DNA of 64,000 nucleotides from the human T2T-CHM13v2.0 reference genome, Homo sapiens. A model generated the notes under the pieces. That model was not told the DNA's origin, searched no databases, and saw only the letters and a list, made by a program, of their open reading frames with translations. The translations under genes were made by a program, and so were the position numbers. The stretch lies in NCBI RefSeq assembly GCF_009914755.1, contig NC_060930.1, one strand, 5' to 3'. Shown piece after piece: positions 10,711 to 23,465 of this stretch. Numbering within the stretch: the first letter of the stretch is position 1; every line of letters starts with the position of its first letter.

Positions 10711-13700
10711 TCTCAGAAACTCCTTTGTGATGAGTGCATTCAATTCAAAGAGTGAAACCTCCCTTTTCACAGAGCAGTTTTGAAACACTGTTTTTGTAGG
10801 ATTTCCAAGGGGATATTTATAGCGCATTGAGCCTACGGCGGAAAAAGAAACATCTTCCTATAAAAACTAGACAGAATACTTCTCAGAATCTGCTTTGCGA
10901 TGTGTGCGTTCAACTCACAGAGTAAAACTTTTCTTTTGATAGAGCAGTTTTGAAACACTCTTTTTGTAGTATTTGCATGTGTATATTTAGAGCGCTTTGA
11001 AGCCCACAGTAGAAAAGGAAGTAACTTCACCTAAAACCTAGACAGAAGCAATCACAGAAACTACTTTGTGATGTGTACATTCAACTCACAGAGTGGAACT
11101 TTCCTCTTTATAGAGCAGTGTTGAAACACTCTTTTTGTAGAAACTGCAAGTGGATATTTGGACCTCTTTGAGGCCTTCGTTGGAAACGGGATTTCTTCCT
11201 ATAACCCTAGACAGAAGAATTTTCAGAAACCTCATTGTGATGTGTGCGTTCATCTCACAGAGTGGAGTCTTCCGTTTGATAGAGAAGTTTTGAAACCCTG
11301 TTCTTGTAGGATTTCCAAGTGGATATTTAGACCACTTTGAAGCCTATGATAGAAAAGGAAACATCTTCATGGAAAACATAGATAGAATCATCCTCAGAAA
11401 CAACTTTGTGATGTGTGCGTTGAACTCACCGTCTTTAACTTTTCTTTTGGTAGAGAAGTTTTGAAACACTCTCTTTGTAAAGTCTACAAGTGGATATTTT
11501 GAGCCCTTGGAGGCATTCTTTGGAAAAGGGAATGTCTTCACATAAAAGGCAGACGGAAGTGTTCTCAGAAACTGCTTTGTGATGTCTGTGTTCAACTCAC
11601 AGAGTTTAACATTTCCTTTGATAGAGCGGTTTAGTAACCCTCTCTTTGTAGAATTTGGAAGTGTATACTAAGAGCGCTTTGAGGCCTATGGTAGAAAAGG
11701 AAATATCTTTCCATAAAAGCTAGACAGAAGCAATCTCAGAAACTCCTCTGTGATGTCTGCATTCAACTCACCGAGTGGAACATTCCTCTTGAGAGAGCAG
11801 TTTGGAAACACTCTTTCTGTAGAATCAGCTTGTTTGTATTTGGACCTCCTCGAGGCCTTCGTTGGAAACGGGTTTTCATCTTATAAACCCAGACAGAAGA
11901 ATTCTCAGAGTCTTCTTTGTGATGTGTGCTTTCAACTCACCGAGATAAAGATTTCTCTTGATAGAGCAATTTGGAAACACTCTTTTTGTAGAATTTGCAA
12001 GGGTACATTGAGAGCGCTTTCAGGCCTATGGTAGAAAAGGGAATATCTTTCCATAAAAGGTAGACAGAAGCAATCTCAGAAACTACTTTGTGATGTGTGC
12101 ATTCAACTCACCGAGTGCAACGTTCCTCTTGACCGAGCAGTTTGGAAACATTGTTTCTGTAGAATCTGCAAGTGGATATTTGGACCTCTTTGAGGCCTTC
12201 GTTGGAAACGGGATTTCTTCCTATAAACCCAGACAGAAGAATTCTCAGAGACTTCTTTGTGATGTGTGAATTCAACTCACAGTGTGGATCCTTCCTTTTG
12301 ATAGAGCAGTTTTGAAACCCTGTTTTTGTAGTATTTCCAAGCGGATATTTGGAACGCCTTGAAGCGTATGGTAGAAAAGGAAATATCTTCCCATAAAACC
12401 TAGACAGAACCAATCTCAGAAACGACTTTGTGATGTCTGCATTCAAGTCACAGAGTTGAACATTTCTCTTGATAGAGCAGTTTTGAAACCCTCTTTCTGA
12501 AGGATCTGCAAGTGGATATTTGGAACTCCTTTGGGTCTTCGTTGGAAACGGGATTTCTTCGTATAAATCTAGACAGAAGAATTCTCAGAAACTTCCTTGT
12601 GATGTGTGCATTCAACTCAGCGAGTGGCACCTTCCTTTGGATACAGCAGTTTTGAAACACTGTTTTTGTAGTATTTCCAAGCGGATATTTAGAGCGCCTT
12701 GAAGCCTATGCTAGAAATGGAAATATCTCCCCATAAAACCAAGACGGAAGCAATCTCAGAAACTAATGTGTGATGGCTGCATTCCACACACACGGTGGAC
12801 CATTTCTCTTGATAGAGCAGTTTTGAAACACTCTTTCTGTAGAATCTGCAAGTGGATAATTGGACCTCCTAGAGGCCTTCGTTGGAAACGGGATTTCTTC
12901 ATCTAAACCTACAGAGAAGTATTCTCAGTAACTTCTTCGGATGTGTGCATTCGACGCACAGAATGGAACATTCCCTTTGATAGAGCAGTTTTGAGACACC
13001 GTTTTTGTAGAATTCCCAAGTGGATATTTAGAGCACTTTGAAGTCTCTGCTAGAAAAGGAAACATCTTCATGTAAAAAGTAGATAGAATCGTTCTCAGAA
13101 AGTGCTTAGTGTCGTGTGCGTTCAACTCACAGAGTTTAACGTTTCTTTTGATAGAGCGTTTCTGAAACACCCTTCTTGTAGTAGCTGCAAGTGGATATTT
13201 GGACCTATTGGAGGCCTTCTTTGGAAATGGGATTTCTTCATGTAACTCTAGATTGAAGAGTTCTCAGAAACTCCTTTGTGATGTGTGCATTCAATTCAAA
13301 GAGTGAAACCTCTCTTTTCACAGAGCAGTTTTGAAACACTGTTTTTGTAGGATTTCCAAGGGGATATTTATAGCGCATTGAGCCTACGGCGGAAAAAGAA
13401 ACATCTTCCTATAAAAACTAGACAGAATACTTCTCAGAATCTGCTTTGCGATGTGTGCGTTCAACTCACAGAGTAAAACTTTTCTTTTGATAGAGCAGTT
13501 TTGAAACACTCTTTTTGTAGTATTTGCATGTGTATATTTAGAGCGCATTGAAGCCCACAGTAGAAAAGGAAATAACTTCACCTAAAACCTAGACAGAAGC
13601 AATCTCAGAAACTACTTTGTGATGTGTACATTCAACTCACAGAGTGGAACTTTCCTCTTTATAGAGCAGTGTTGAAACACTCTTTTTGTAGAAACTGCAA

Positions 13701-16700
13701 GTGGATATTTGGACCTCTTTGAGGCCTTCGTTGGAAACGGGATTTCTTCCTATAACCCTAGACAGAAGAATTTTCAGAAACCTCATTGTGATGTGTGCGT
13801 TCATCTCACAGAGTGGAGTCTTCCGTTTGATAGAGAAGTTTTGAAACCCTGTTCTTGTAGGATTTCCAAGTGGATATTTAGACCACTTTGAAGCCTATGA
13901 TAGAAAAGGAAACATCTTCATGGAAAACATAGATAGAATCATCCTCAGAAACAACTTTGTGATGTGTGCGTTGAACTCACCGTCTTTAACCTTTCTTTTG
14001 GTAGAGAAGTTTTGAAACACTCTCTTTGTAAAGTCTACAAGTGGATATTTTGAGCCCTTGGAGGCATTCTTTGGAAAAGGGAATGTCTTCACATAAAAGG
14101 CAGACGGAAGTGTTCTCAGAAACTGCTTTGTGATGTCTGTGTTCAACTCACAGAGTTTAACATTTCCTTTGATAGAGCGGTTTAGTAACCCTCTCTTTGT
14201 AGAATTTGGAAGTGTATACTAAGAGCGCTTTGAGGCCTATGGTAGAAAAGGAAATATCTTTCCATAAAAGCTAGACAGAAGCAATCTCAGAAACTCCTCT
14301 GTGATGTCTGCATTCAACTCACCGAGTGGAACATTCCTCTTGATAGAGCAGTTTGGAAACACTCTTTCTGTAGAATCAGCTTGTTTGTATTTGGACCTCC
14401 TTGAGGCCTTCGTTGGAAACGGGTTTTCATCTTATAAACCCAGACAGAAGAATTCTCAGAGTCTTCTTTGTGATGTGTGCTTTCAACTCACCGAGATAAA
14501 GATTTCTCTTGATAGAGCAATTTGGAAACACTCTTTTTGTAGAATTTGCAAGGGTACATTGAGAGCGCTTTCAGGCCTATGGTAGAAAAGGGAATATCTT
14601 TCCATAAAAGGTAGACAGAAGCAATCTCAGAAACTACTTTGTGATGTGTGCATTCAACTCACCGAGTGCAACGTTCCTCTTGACCGAGCAGTTTGGAAAC
14701 ATTGTTTCTGTAGAATCTGCAAGTGGATATTTGGACTTCTTTGAGGCCTTCGTTGGAAACGGGATTTCTTCCTATAAACCCAGACAGAAGAATTCTCAGA
14801 GACTTCTTTGTGATGTGTGAATTCAACTCACAGTGTGGATCCTTCCTTTTGATAGAGCAGTTTTGAAACCCTGTTTTTGTAGTATTTCCAAGCGGATATT
14901 TGGAACGCCTTGAAGCGTATGGTAGAAAAGGAAATATCTTCCCATAAAATCTAGACAGAACCAATCTCAGAAACGACTTTGTGATGTCTGCATTCAAGTC
15001 ACAGAGTTGAACATTTCTCTTGATAGAGCAGTTTTGAAACCCTCTTTCTGAAGGATCTGCAAGTGGATATTTGGAACTCCTTTGGGTCTTCGTTGGAAAC
15101 AGGATTTCTTCGTATAAATCTAGACAGAAGAATTCTCAGAAACTTCCTTGTGATGTGTGCATTCAACTCAGCGAGTGGCACCTTCCTTTGGATACAGCAG
15201 TTTTGAAACACTGTTTTTGTAGTATTTCCAAGCGGATATTTAGAGCGCCTTGAAGCCTATGCTAGAAATGGAAATATCTCCCCATAAAACCAAGACGGAA
15301 GCAATCTCAGAAACTAATGTGTGATGGCTGCATTCCACACACACGGTGGACCATTTCTCTTGATAGAGCAGTTTTGAAACACTCTTTCTGTAGAATCTGC
15401 AAGTGGATAATTGGACCTCCTAGAGGCCTTCGTTGGAAACGGGATTTCTTCATCTAAACCTACAGAGAAGTATTCTCAGTAACTTCTTCGGATGTGTGCA
15501 TTCGACGCACAGAATGGAACATTCCCTTTGATAGAGCAGTTTTGAGACACCGTTTTTGTAGAATTCCCAAGTGGATATTTAGAGCACTTTGAAGTCTCTG
15601 CTAGAAAAGGAAACATCTTCATGTAAAAAGTAGATAGAATCGTTCTCAGAAAGTGCTTAGTGTCGTGTGCGTTCAACTCACAGAGTTTAACGTTTCTTTT
15701 GATAGAGCGTTTCTGAAACACCCTTCTTGTAGTAGCTGCAAGTGGATATTTGGACCTATTGGAGGCCTTCTTTGGAAATGGGATTTCTTCATGTAACTCT
15801 AGAGTGAAGAATTCTCAGAAACTCCTTTGTGATGTGTGCATTCAATTCAAAGAGTGAAACCTCTCTTTTCACAGAGCAGTTTTGAAACACTGTTTTTGTA
15901 GGATTTCCAAGGGGATATTTATAGCGCATTGAGCCTACGGCGGAAAAAGAAACATCTTCCTATAAAAACTAGACAGAATACTTCTCAGAATCTGCTTTGC
16001 GATGTGTGCGTTCAACTCACAGAGTAAAACTTTTCTTTTGATAGAGCAGTTTTGAAACACTCTTTTTGTAGTATTTGCATGTGTATATTTAGAGCGCATT
16101 GAAGCCCACAGTAGAAAAGGAAATAACTTCACCTAAAACCTAGACAGAAGCAATCACAGAAACTACTTTGTGATGTGTACATTCAACTCACAGAGTGGAA
16201 CTTTCCTCTTTATAGAGCAGTGTTGAAACACTCTTTTTGTAGAAACTGCAAGTGGATATTTGGACCTCTTTGAGGCCTTCGTTGGAAACGGGATTTCTTC
16301 CTATAACCCTAGACAGAAGAATTTTCAGAAACCTCATTGTGATGTGTGCGTTCATCTCACAGAGTGGAGTCTTCCGTTTGATAGAGAAGTTTTGAAACCC
16401 TGTTCTTGTAGGATTTCCAAGTGGATATTTAGACCACTTTGAAGCCTATGATAGAAAAGGAAACATCTTCATGGAAAACATAGATAGAATCATCCTCAGA
16501 AACAACTTTGTGATGTGTGCGTTGAACTCACCGTCTTTAACCTTTCTTTTGGTAGAGAAGTTTTGAAACACTCTCTTTGTAAAGTCTACAAGTGGATATT
16601 TTGAGCCCTTGGAGGCATTCTTTGGAAAAGGGAATGTCTTCACATAAAAGGCAGACGGAAGTGTTCTCAGAAACTGCTTTGTGATGTCTGTGTTCAACTC

Positions 16701-19700
16701 ACAGAGTTTAACATTTCCTTTGATAGAGCGGTTTAGTAACCCTCTCTTTGTAGAATTTGGAAGTGTATACTAAGAGCGCTTTGAGGCCTATGGTAGAAAA
16801 GGAAATATCTTTCCATAAAAGCTAGACAGAAGCAATCTCAGAAACTCCTCTGTGATGTCTGCATTCAACTCACCGAGTGGAACATTCCTCTTGAGAGAGC
16901 AGTTTGGAAACACTCTTTCTGTAGAATCAGCTTGTTTGTATTTGGACCTCCTTGAGGCCTTCGTTGGAAACGGGTTTTCATCTTATAAACCCAGACAGAA
17001 GAATTCTCAGAGTCTTCTTTGTGATGTGTGCTTTCAACTCACCGAGATAAAGATTTCTCTTGATAGAGCAATTTGGAAACACTCTTTTTGTAGAATTTGC
17101 AAGGGTACATTGAGAGCGCTTTCAGGCCTATGGTAGAAAAGGGAATATCTTTCCATAAAAGGTAGACAGAAGCAATCTCAGAAACTACTTTGTGATGTGT
17201 GCATTCAACTCACCGAGTGCAACGTTCCTCTTGACCGAGCAGTTTGGAAACATTGTTTCTGTAGAATCTGCAAGTGGATATTTGGACCTCTTTGAGGCCT
17301 TCGTTGGAAACGGGATTTCTTCCTATAAACCCAGACAGAAGAATTCTCAGAGACTTCTTTGTGATGTGTGAATTCAACTCACAGTGTGGATCCTTCCTTT
17401 TGATAGAGCAGTTTTGAAACCCTGTTTTTGTAGTATTTCCAAGCGGATATTTGGAACGCCTTGAAGCGTATGGTAGAAAAGGAAATATCTTCCCATAAAA
17501 CCTAGACAGAACCAATCTCAGAAACGACTTTGTGATGTCTGCATTCAAGTCACAGAGTTGAACATTTCTCTTGATAGAGCAGTTTTGAAACCCTCTTTCT
17601 GAAGGATCTGCAAGTGGATATTTGGAACTCCTTTGGGTCTTCGTTGGAAACGGGATTTCTTCGTATAAATCTAGACAGAAGAATTCTCAGAAACTTCCTT
17701 GTGATGAGTGCATTCAACTCAGCGAGTGGCACCTTCCTTTGGATACAGCAGTTTTGAAACACTGTTTTTGTAGTATTTCCAAGCGGATATTTAGAGCGCC
17801 TTGAAGCCTATGCTAGAAATGGAAATATCTCCCCATAAAACCAAGACGGAAGCAATCTCAGAAACTAATGTGTGATGGCTGCATTCCACACACACGGTGG
17901 ACCATTTCTCTTGATAGAGCAGTTTTGAAACACTCTTTCTGTAGAATCTGCAAGTGGATAATTGGACCTCCTAGAGGCCTTCGTTGGAAACGGGATTTCT
18001 TCATCTAAACCTACAGAGAAGTATTCTCAGTAACTTCTTCGGATGTGTGCATTCGACGCACAGAATGGAACATTCCCTTTGATAGAGCAGTTTTGAGACA
18101 CCGTTTTTGTAGAATTCCCAAGTGGATATTTAGAGCACTTTGAAGTCTCTGCTAGAAAAGGAAACATCTTCATGTAAAAAGTAGATAGAATCGTTCTCAG
18201 AAAATGCTTAGTGTCGTGTGCGTTCAACTCACAGAGTTTAACGTTTCTTTTGATAGAGCGTTTCTGAAACACCCTTCTTGTAGTAGCTGCAAGTGGATAT
18301 TTGGACCTATTGGAGGCCTTCTTTGGAAATGGGATTTCTTCATGTAACTCTAGATTGAAGAATTCTCAGAAACTCCTTTGTGATGTGTGCATTCAATTCA
18401 AAGAGTGAAACCTCTCTTTTCACAGAGCAGTTTTGAAACACTGTTTTTGTAGGATTTCCAAGGGGATATTTATAGCGCATTGAGCCTACGGCGGAAAAAG
18501 AAACATCTTCCTATAAAAACTAGACAGAATACTTCTCAGAATCTGCTTTGCGATGTGTGCGTTCAACTCACAGAGTAAAACTTTTCTTTTGATAGAGCAG
18601 TTTTGAAACACTCTTTTTGTAGTATTTGCATGTGTATATTTAGAGCGCATTGAAGCCCACAGTAGAAAAGGAAATAACTTCACCTAAAACCTAGACAGAA
18701 GCAATCTCAGAAACTACTTTGTGATGTGTACATTCAACTCACAGAGTGGAACTTTCCTCTTTATAGAGCAGTGTTGAAACACTCTTTTTGTAGAAACTGC
18801 AAGTGGATATTTGGACCTCTTTGAGGCCTTCGTTGGAAACGGGATTTCTTCCTATAACCCTAGACAGAAGAATTTTCAGAAACCTCATTGTGATGTGTGC
18901 GTTCATCTCACAGAGTGGAGTCTTCCGTTTGATAGAGAAGTTTTGAAACCCTGTTCTTGTAGGATTTCCAAGTGGATATTTAGACCACTTTGAAGCCTAT
19001 GATAGAAAAGGAAACATCTTCATGGAAAACATAGATAGAATCATTCTCAGAAACAACTTTGTGATGTGTGCATTGAACTCACCGTCTTTAACCTTTCTTT
19101 TGGTAGAGAAGTTTTGAAACACTCTCTTTGTAAAGTCTACAAGTGGATATTTTGAGCCCTTGGAGGCATTCTTTGGAAAAGGGAATGTCTTCACATAAAA
19201 GGCAGACGGAAGTGTTCTCAGAAACTGCTTTGTGATGTCTGTGTTCAACTCACAGAGTTTAACATTTCCTTTGATAGAGCGGTTTAGTAACCCTCTCTTT
19301 GTAGAATTTGGAAGTGTATACTAAGAGCGCTTTGAGGCCTATGGTAGAAAAGGAAATATCTTTCCATAAAAGCTAGACAGAAGCAATCTCAGAAACTCCT
19401 TTGTGATGTCTGCATTCAACTCACCGAGTGGAACATTCCTCTTGATAGAGCAGTTTGGAAACACTCTTTCTGTAGAATCAGCTTGTTTGTATTTGGACCT
19501 CCTTGAGGCCTTCGTTGGAAACGGGTTTTCATCTTATAAACCCAGACAGAAGAATTCTCAGAGTCTTCTTTGTGATGTGTGCTTTCAACTCACCGAGATA
19601 AAGATTTCTCTTGATAGAGCAATTTGGAAACACTCTTTTTGTAGAATTTGCAAGGGTACATTGAGAGCGCTTTCAGGCCTATGGTAGAAAAGGGAATATC

Positions 19701-22700
19701 TTTCCATAAAAGGTAGACAGAAGCAATCTCAGAAACTACTTTGTGATGTGTGCATTCAACTCACCGAGTGCAACGTTCCTCTTGACCGAGCAGTTTGGAA
19801 ACATTGTTTCTGTAGAATCTGCAAGTGGATATTTGGACCTCTTTGAGGCCTTCGTTGGAAACGGGATTTCTTCCTATAAACCCAGACAGAAGAATTCTCA
19901 GAGACTTCTTTGTGATGTGTGAATTCAACTCACAGTGTGGATCCTTCCTTTTGATAGAGCAGTTTTGAAACCCTGTTTTTGTAGTATTTCCAAGCGGATA
20001 TTTGGAACGCCTTGAAGCGTATGGTAGAAAAGGAAATATCTTCCCATAAAACCTAGACAGAACCAATCTCAGAAACGACTTTGTGATGTCTGCATTCAAG
20101 TCACAGAGTTGAACATTTCTCTTGATAGAGCAGTTTTGAAACCCTCTTTCTGAAGGATCTGCAAGTGGATATTTGGAACTCCTTTGGGTCTTCGTTGGAA
20201 ACGGGATTTCTTCGTATAAATCTAGACAGAAGAATTCTCAGAAACTTCCTTGTGATGTGTGCATTCAACTCAGCGAGTGGCACCTTCCTTTGGATACAGC
20301 AGTTTTGAAACACTGTTTTTGTAGTATTTCCAAGCGGATATTTAGAGCGCCTTGAAGCCTATGCTAGAAATGGAAATATCTCCCCATAAAACCAAGACAG
20401 AAGCAATCTCAGAAACTAATGTGTGATGGCTGCATTCCACACACACGGTGGACCATTTCTCTTGATAGAGCAGTTTTGAAACACTCTTTCTGTAGAATCT
20501 GCAAGTGGATAATTGGACCTCCTAGAGGCCTTCGTTGGAAACGGGATTTCTTCATCTAAACCTACAGAGAAGTATTCTCAGTAACTTCTTCGGATGTGTG
20601 CATTCGACGCACAGAATGGAACATTCCCTTTGATAGAGCAGTTTTGAGACACCGTTTTTGTAGAATTCCCAAGTGGATATTTAGAGCACTTTGAAGTCTC
20701 TGCTAGAAAAGGAAACATCTTCATGTAAAAAGTAGATAGAATCGTTCTCAGAAAGTGCTTAGTGTCGTGTGCGTTCAACTCACAGAGTTTAACGTTTCTT
20801 TTGATAGAGCGTTTCTGAAACACCCTTCTTGTAGTAGCTGCAAGTGGATATTTGGACCTATTGGAGGCCTTCTTTGGAAATGGGATTTCTTCATGTAACT
20901 CTAGAGTGAAGAATTCTCAGAAACTCCTTTGTGATGTGTGCATTCAATTCAAAGAGTGAAACCTCTCTTTTCACAGAGCAGTTTTGAAACACTGTTTTTG
21001 TAGGATTTCCAAGGGGATATTTATAGCGCATTGAGCCTACGGCGGAAAAAGAAACATCTTCCTATAAAAACTAGACAGAATACTTCTCAGAATCTGCTTT
21101 GCGATGTGTGCGTTCAACTCACAGAGTAAAACTTTTCTTTTGATAGAGCAGTTTTGAAACACTCTTTTTGTAGTATTTGCATGTGTATATTTAGAGCGCA
21201 TTGAAGCCCACAGTAGAAAAGGAAATAACTTCACCTAAAACCTAGACAGAAGCAATCACAGAAACTACTTTGTGATGTGTACATTCAACTCACAGAGTGG
21301 AACTTTCCTCTTTATAGAGCAGTGTTGAAACACTCTTTTTGTAGAAACTGCAAGTGGATATTTGGACCTCTTTGAGGCCTTCGTTGGAAACGGGATTTCT
21401 TCCTATAACCCTAGACAGAAGAATTTTCAGAAACCTCATTGTGATGTGTGCGTTCATCTCACAGAGTGGAGTCTTCCGTTTGATAGAGAAGTTTTGAAAC
21501 CCTGTTCTTGTAGGATTTCCAAGTGGATATTTAGACCACTTTGAAGCCTATGATAGAAAAGGAAACATCTTCATGGAAAACATAGATAGAATCATCCTCA
21601 GAAACAACTTTGTGATGTGTGCGTTGAACTCACCGTCTTTAACCTTTCTTTTGGTAGAGAAGTTTTGAAACACTCTCTTTGTAAAGTCTACAAGTGGATA
21701 TTTTGAGCCCTTGGAGGCATTCTTTGGAAAAGGGAATGTCTTCACATAAAAGGCAGACGGAAGTGTTCTCAGAAACTGCTTTGTGATGTCTGTGTTCAAC
21801 TCACAGAGTTTAACATTTCCTTTGATAGAGCGGTTTAGTAACCCTCTCTTTGTAGAATTTGGAAGTGTATACTAAGAGCGCTTTGAGGCCTATGGTAGAA
21901 AAGGAAATATCTTTCCATAAAAGCTAGACAGAAGCAATCTCAGAAACTCCTCTGTGATGTCTGCATTCAACTCACCGAGTGGAACATTCCTCTTGAGAGA
22001 GCAGTTTGGAAACACTCTTTCTGTAGAATCAGCTTGTTTGTATTTGGACCTCCTTGAGGCCTTCGTTGGAAACGGGTTTTCATCTTATAAACCCAGACAG
22101 AAGAATTCTCAGAGTCTTCTTTGTGATGTGTGCTTTCAACTCACCGAGATAAAGATTTCTCTTGATAGAGCAATTTGGAAACACTCTTTTTGTAGAATTT
22201 GCAAGGGTACATTGAGAGCGCTTTCAGGCCTATGGTAGAAAAGGGAATATCTTTCCATAAAAGGTAGACAGAAGCAATCTCAGAAACTACTTTGTGATGT
22301 GTGCATTCAACTCACCGAGTGCAACGTTCCTCTTGACCGAGCAGTTTGGAAACATTGTTTCTGTAGAATCTGCAAGTGGATATTTGGACCTCTTTGAGGC
22401 CTTCGTTGGAAACGGGATTTCTTCCTATAAACCCAGACAGAAGAATTCTCAGAGACTTCTTTGTGATGTGTGAATTCAACTCACAGTGTGGATCCTTCCT
22501 TTTGATAGAGCAGTTTTGAAACCCTGTTTTTGTAGTATTTCCAAGCGGATATTTGGAACGCCTTGAAGCGTATGGTAGAAAAGGAAATATCTTCCCATAA
22601 AACCTAGACAGAACCAATCTCAGAAACGACTTTGTGATGTCTGCATTCAAGTCACAGAGTTGAACATTTCTCTTGATAGAGCAGTTTTGAAACCCTCTTT

Positions 22701-23465
22701 CTGAAGGATCTGCAAGTGGATATTTGGAACTCCTTTGGGTCTTCGTTGGAAACGGGATTTCTTCGTATAAATCTAGACAGAAGAATTCTCAGAAACTTCC
22801 TTGTGATGAGTGCATTCAACTCAGCGAGTGGCACCTTCCTTTGGATACAGCAGTTTTGAAACACTGTTTTTGTAGTATTTCCAAGCGGATATTTAGAGCG
22901 CCTTGAAGCCTATGCTAGAAATGGAAATATCTCCCCATAAAACCAAGACGGAAGCAATCTCAGAAACTAATGTGTGATGGCTGCATTCCACACACACGGT
23001 GGACCATTTCTCTTGATAGAGCAGTTTTGAAACACTCTTTCTGTAGAATCTGCAAGTGGATAATTGGACCTCCTAGAGGCCTTCGTTGGAAACGGGATTT
23101 CTTCATCTAAACCTACAGAGAAGTATTCTCAGTAACTTCTTCGGATGTGTGCATTCGACGCACAGAATGGAACATTCCCTTTGATAGAGCAGTTTTGAGA
23201 CACCGTTTTTGTAGAATTCCCAAGTGGATATTTAGAGCACTTTGAAGTCTCTGCTAGAAAAGGAAACATCTTCATGTAAAAAGTAGATAGAATCGTTCTC
23301 AGAAAGTGCTTAGTGACGTGTGCGTTCAACTCACAGAGTTTAACGTTTCTTTTGATAGAGCGTTTCTGAAACACCCTTCTTGTAGTAGCTGCAAGTGGAT
23401 ATTTGGACCTATTGGAGGCCTTCTTTGGAAATGGGATTTCTTCATGTAACTCTAGATTGAAGAAT
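10711..23465 (+). repeat. Five 15-mer HOR copies (starts 10711, 13262, 15813, 18364, 20915)
   Basis: Marker spacing of 2,551 bp throughout. Confidence 0.95.
15088..15104 (+). promoter_or_regulatory. Point-mutated CENP-B box (CGGG to CAGG)
   Basis: CTTCGTTGGAAACAGGA with G>A at 15101; also visible in the ORF track as GNR instead of GNG. Confidence 0.9.
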
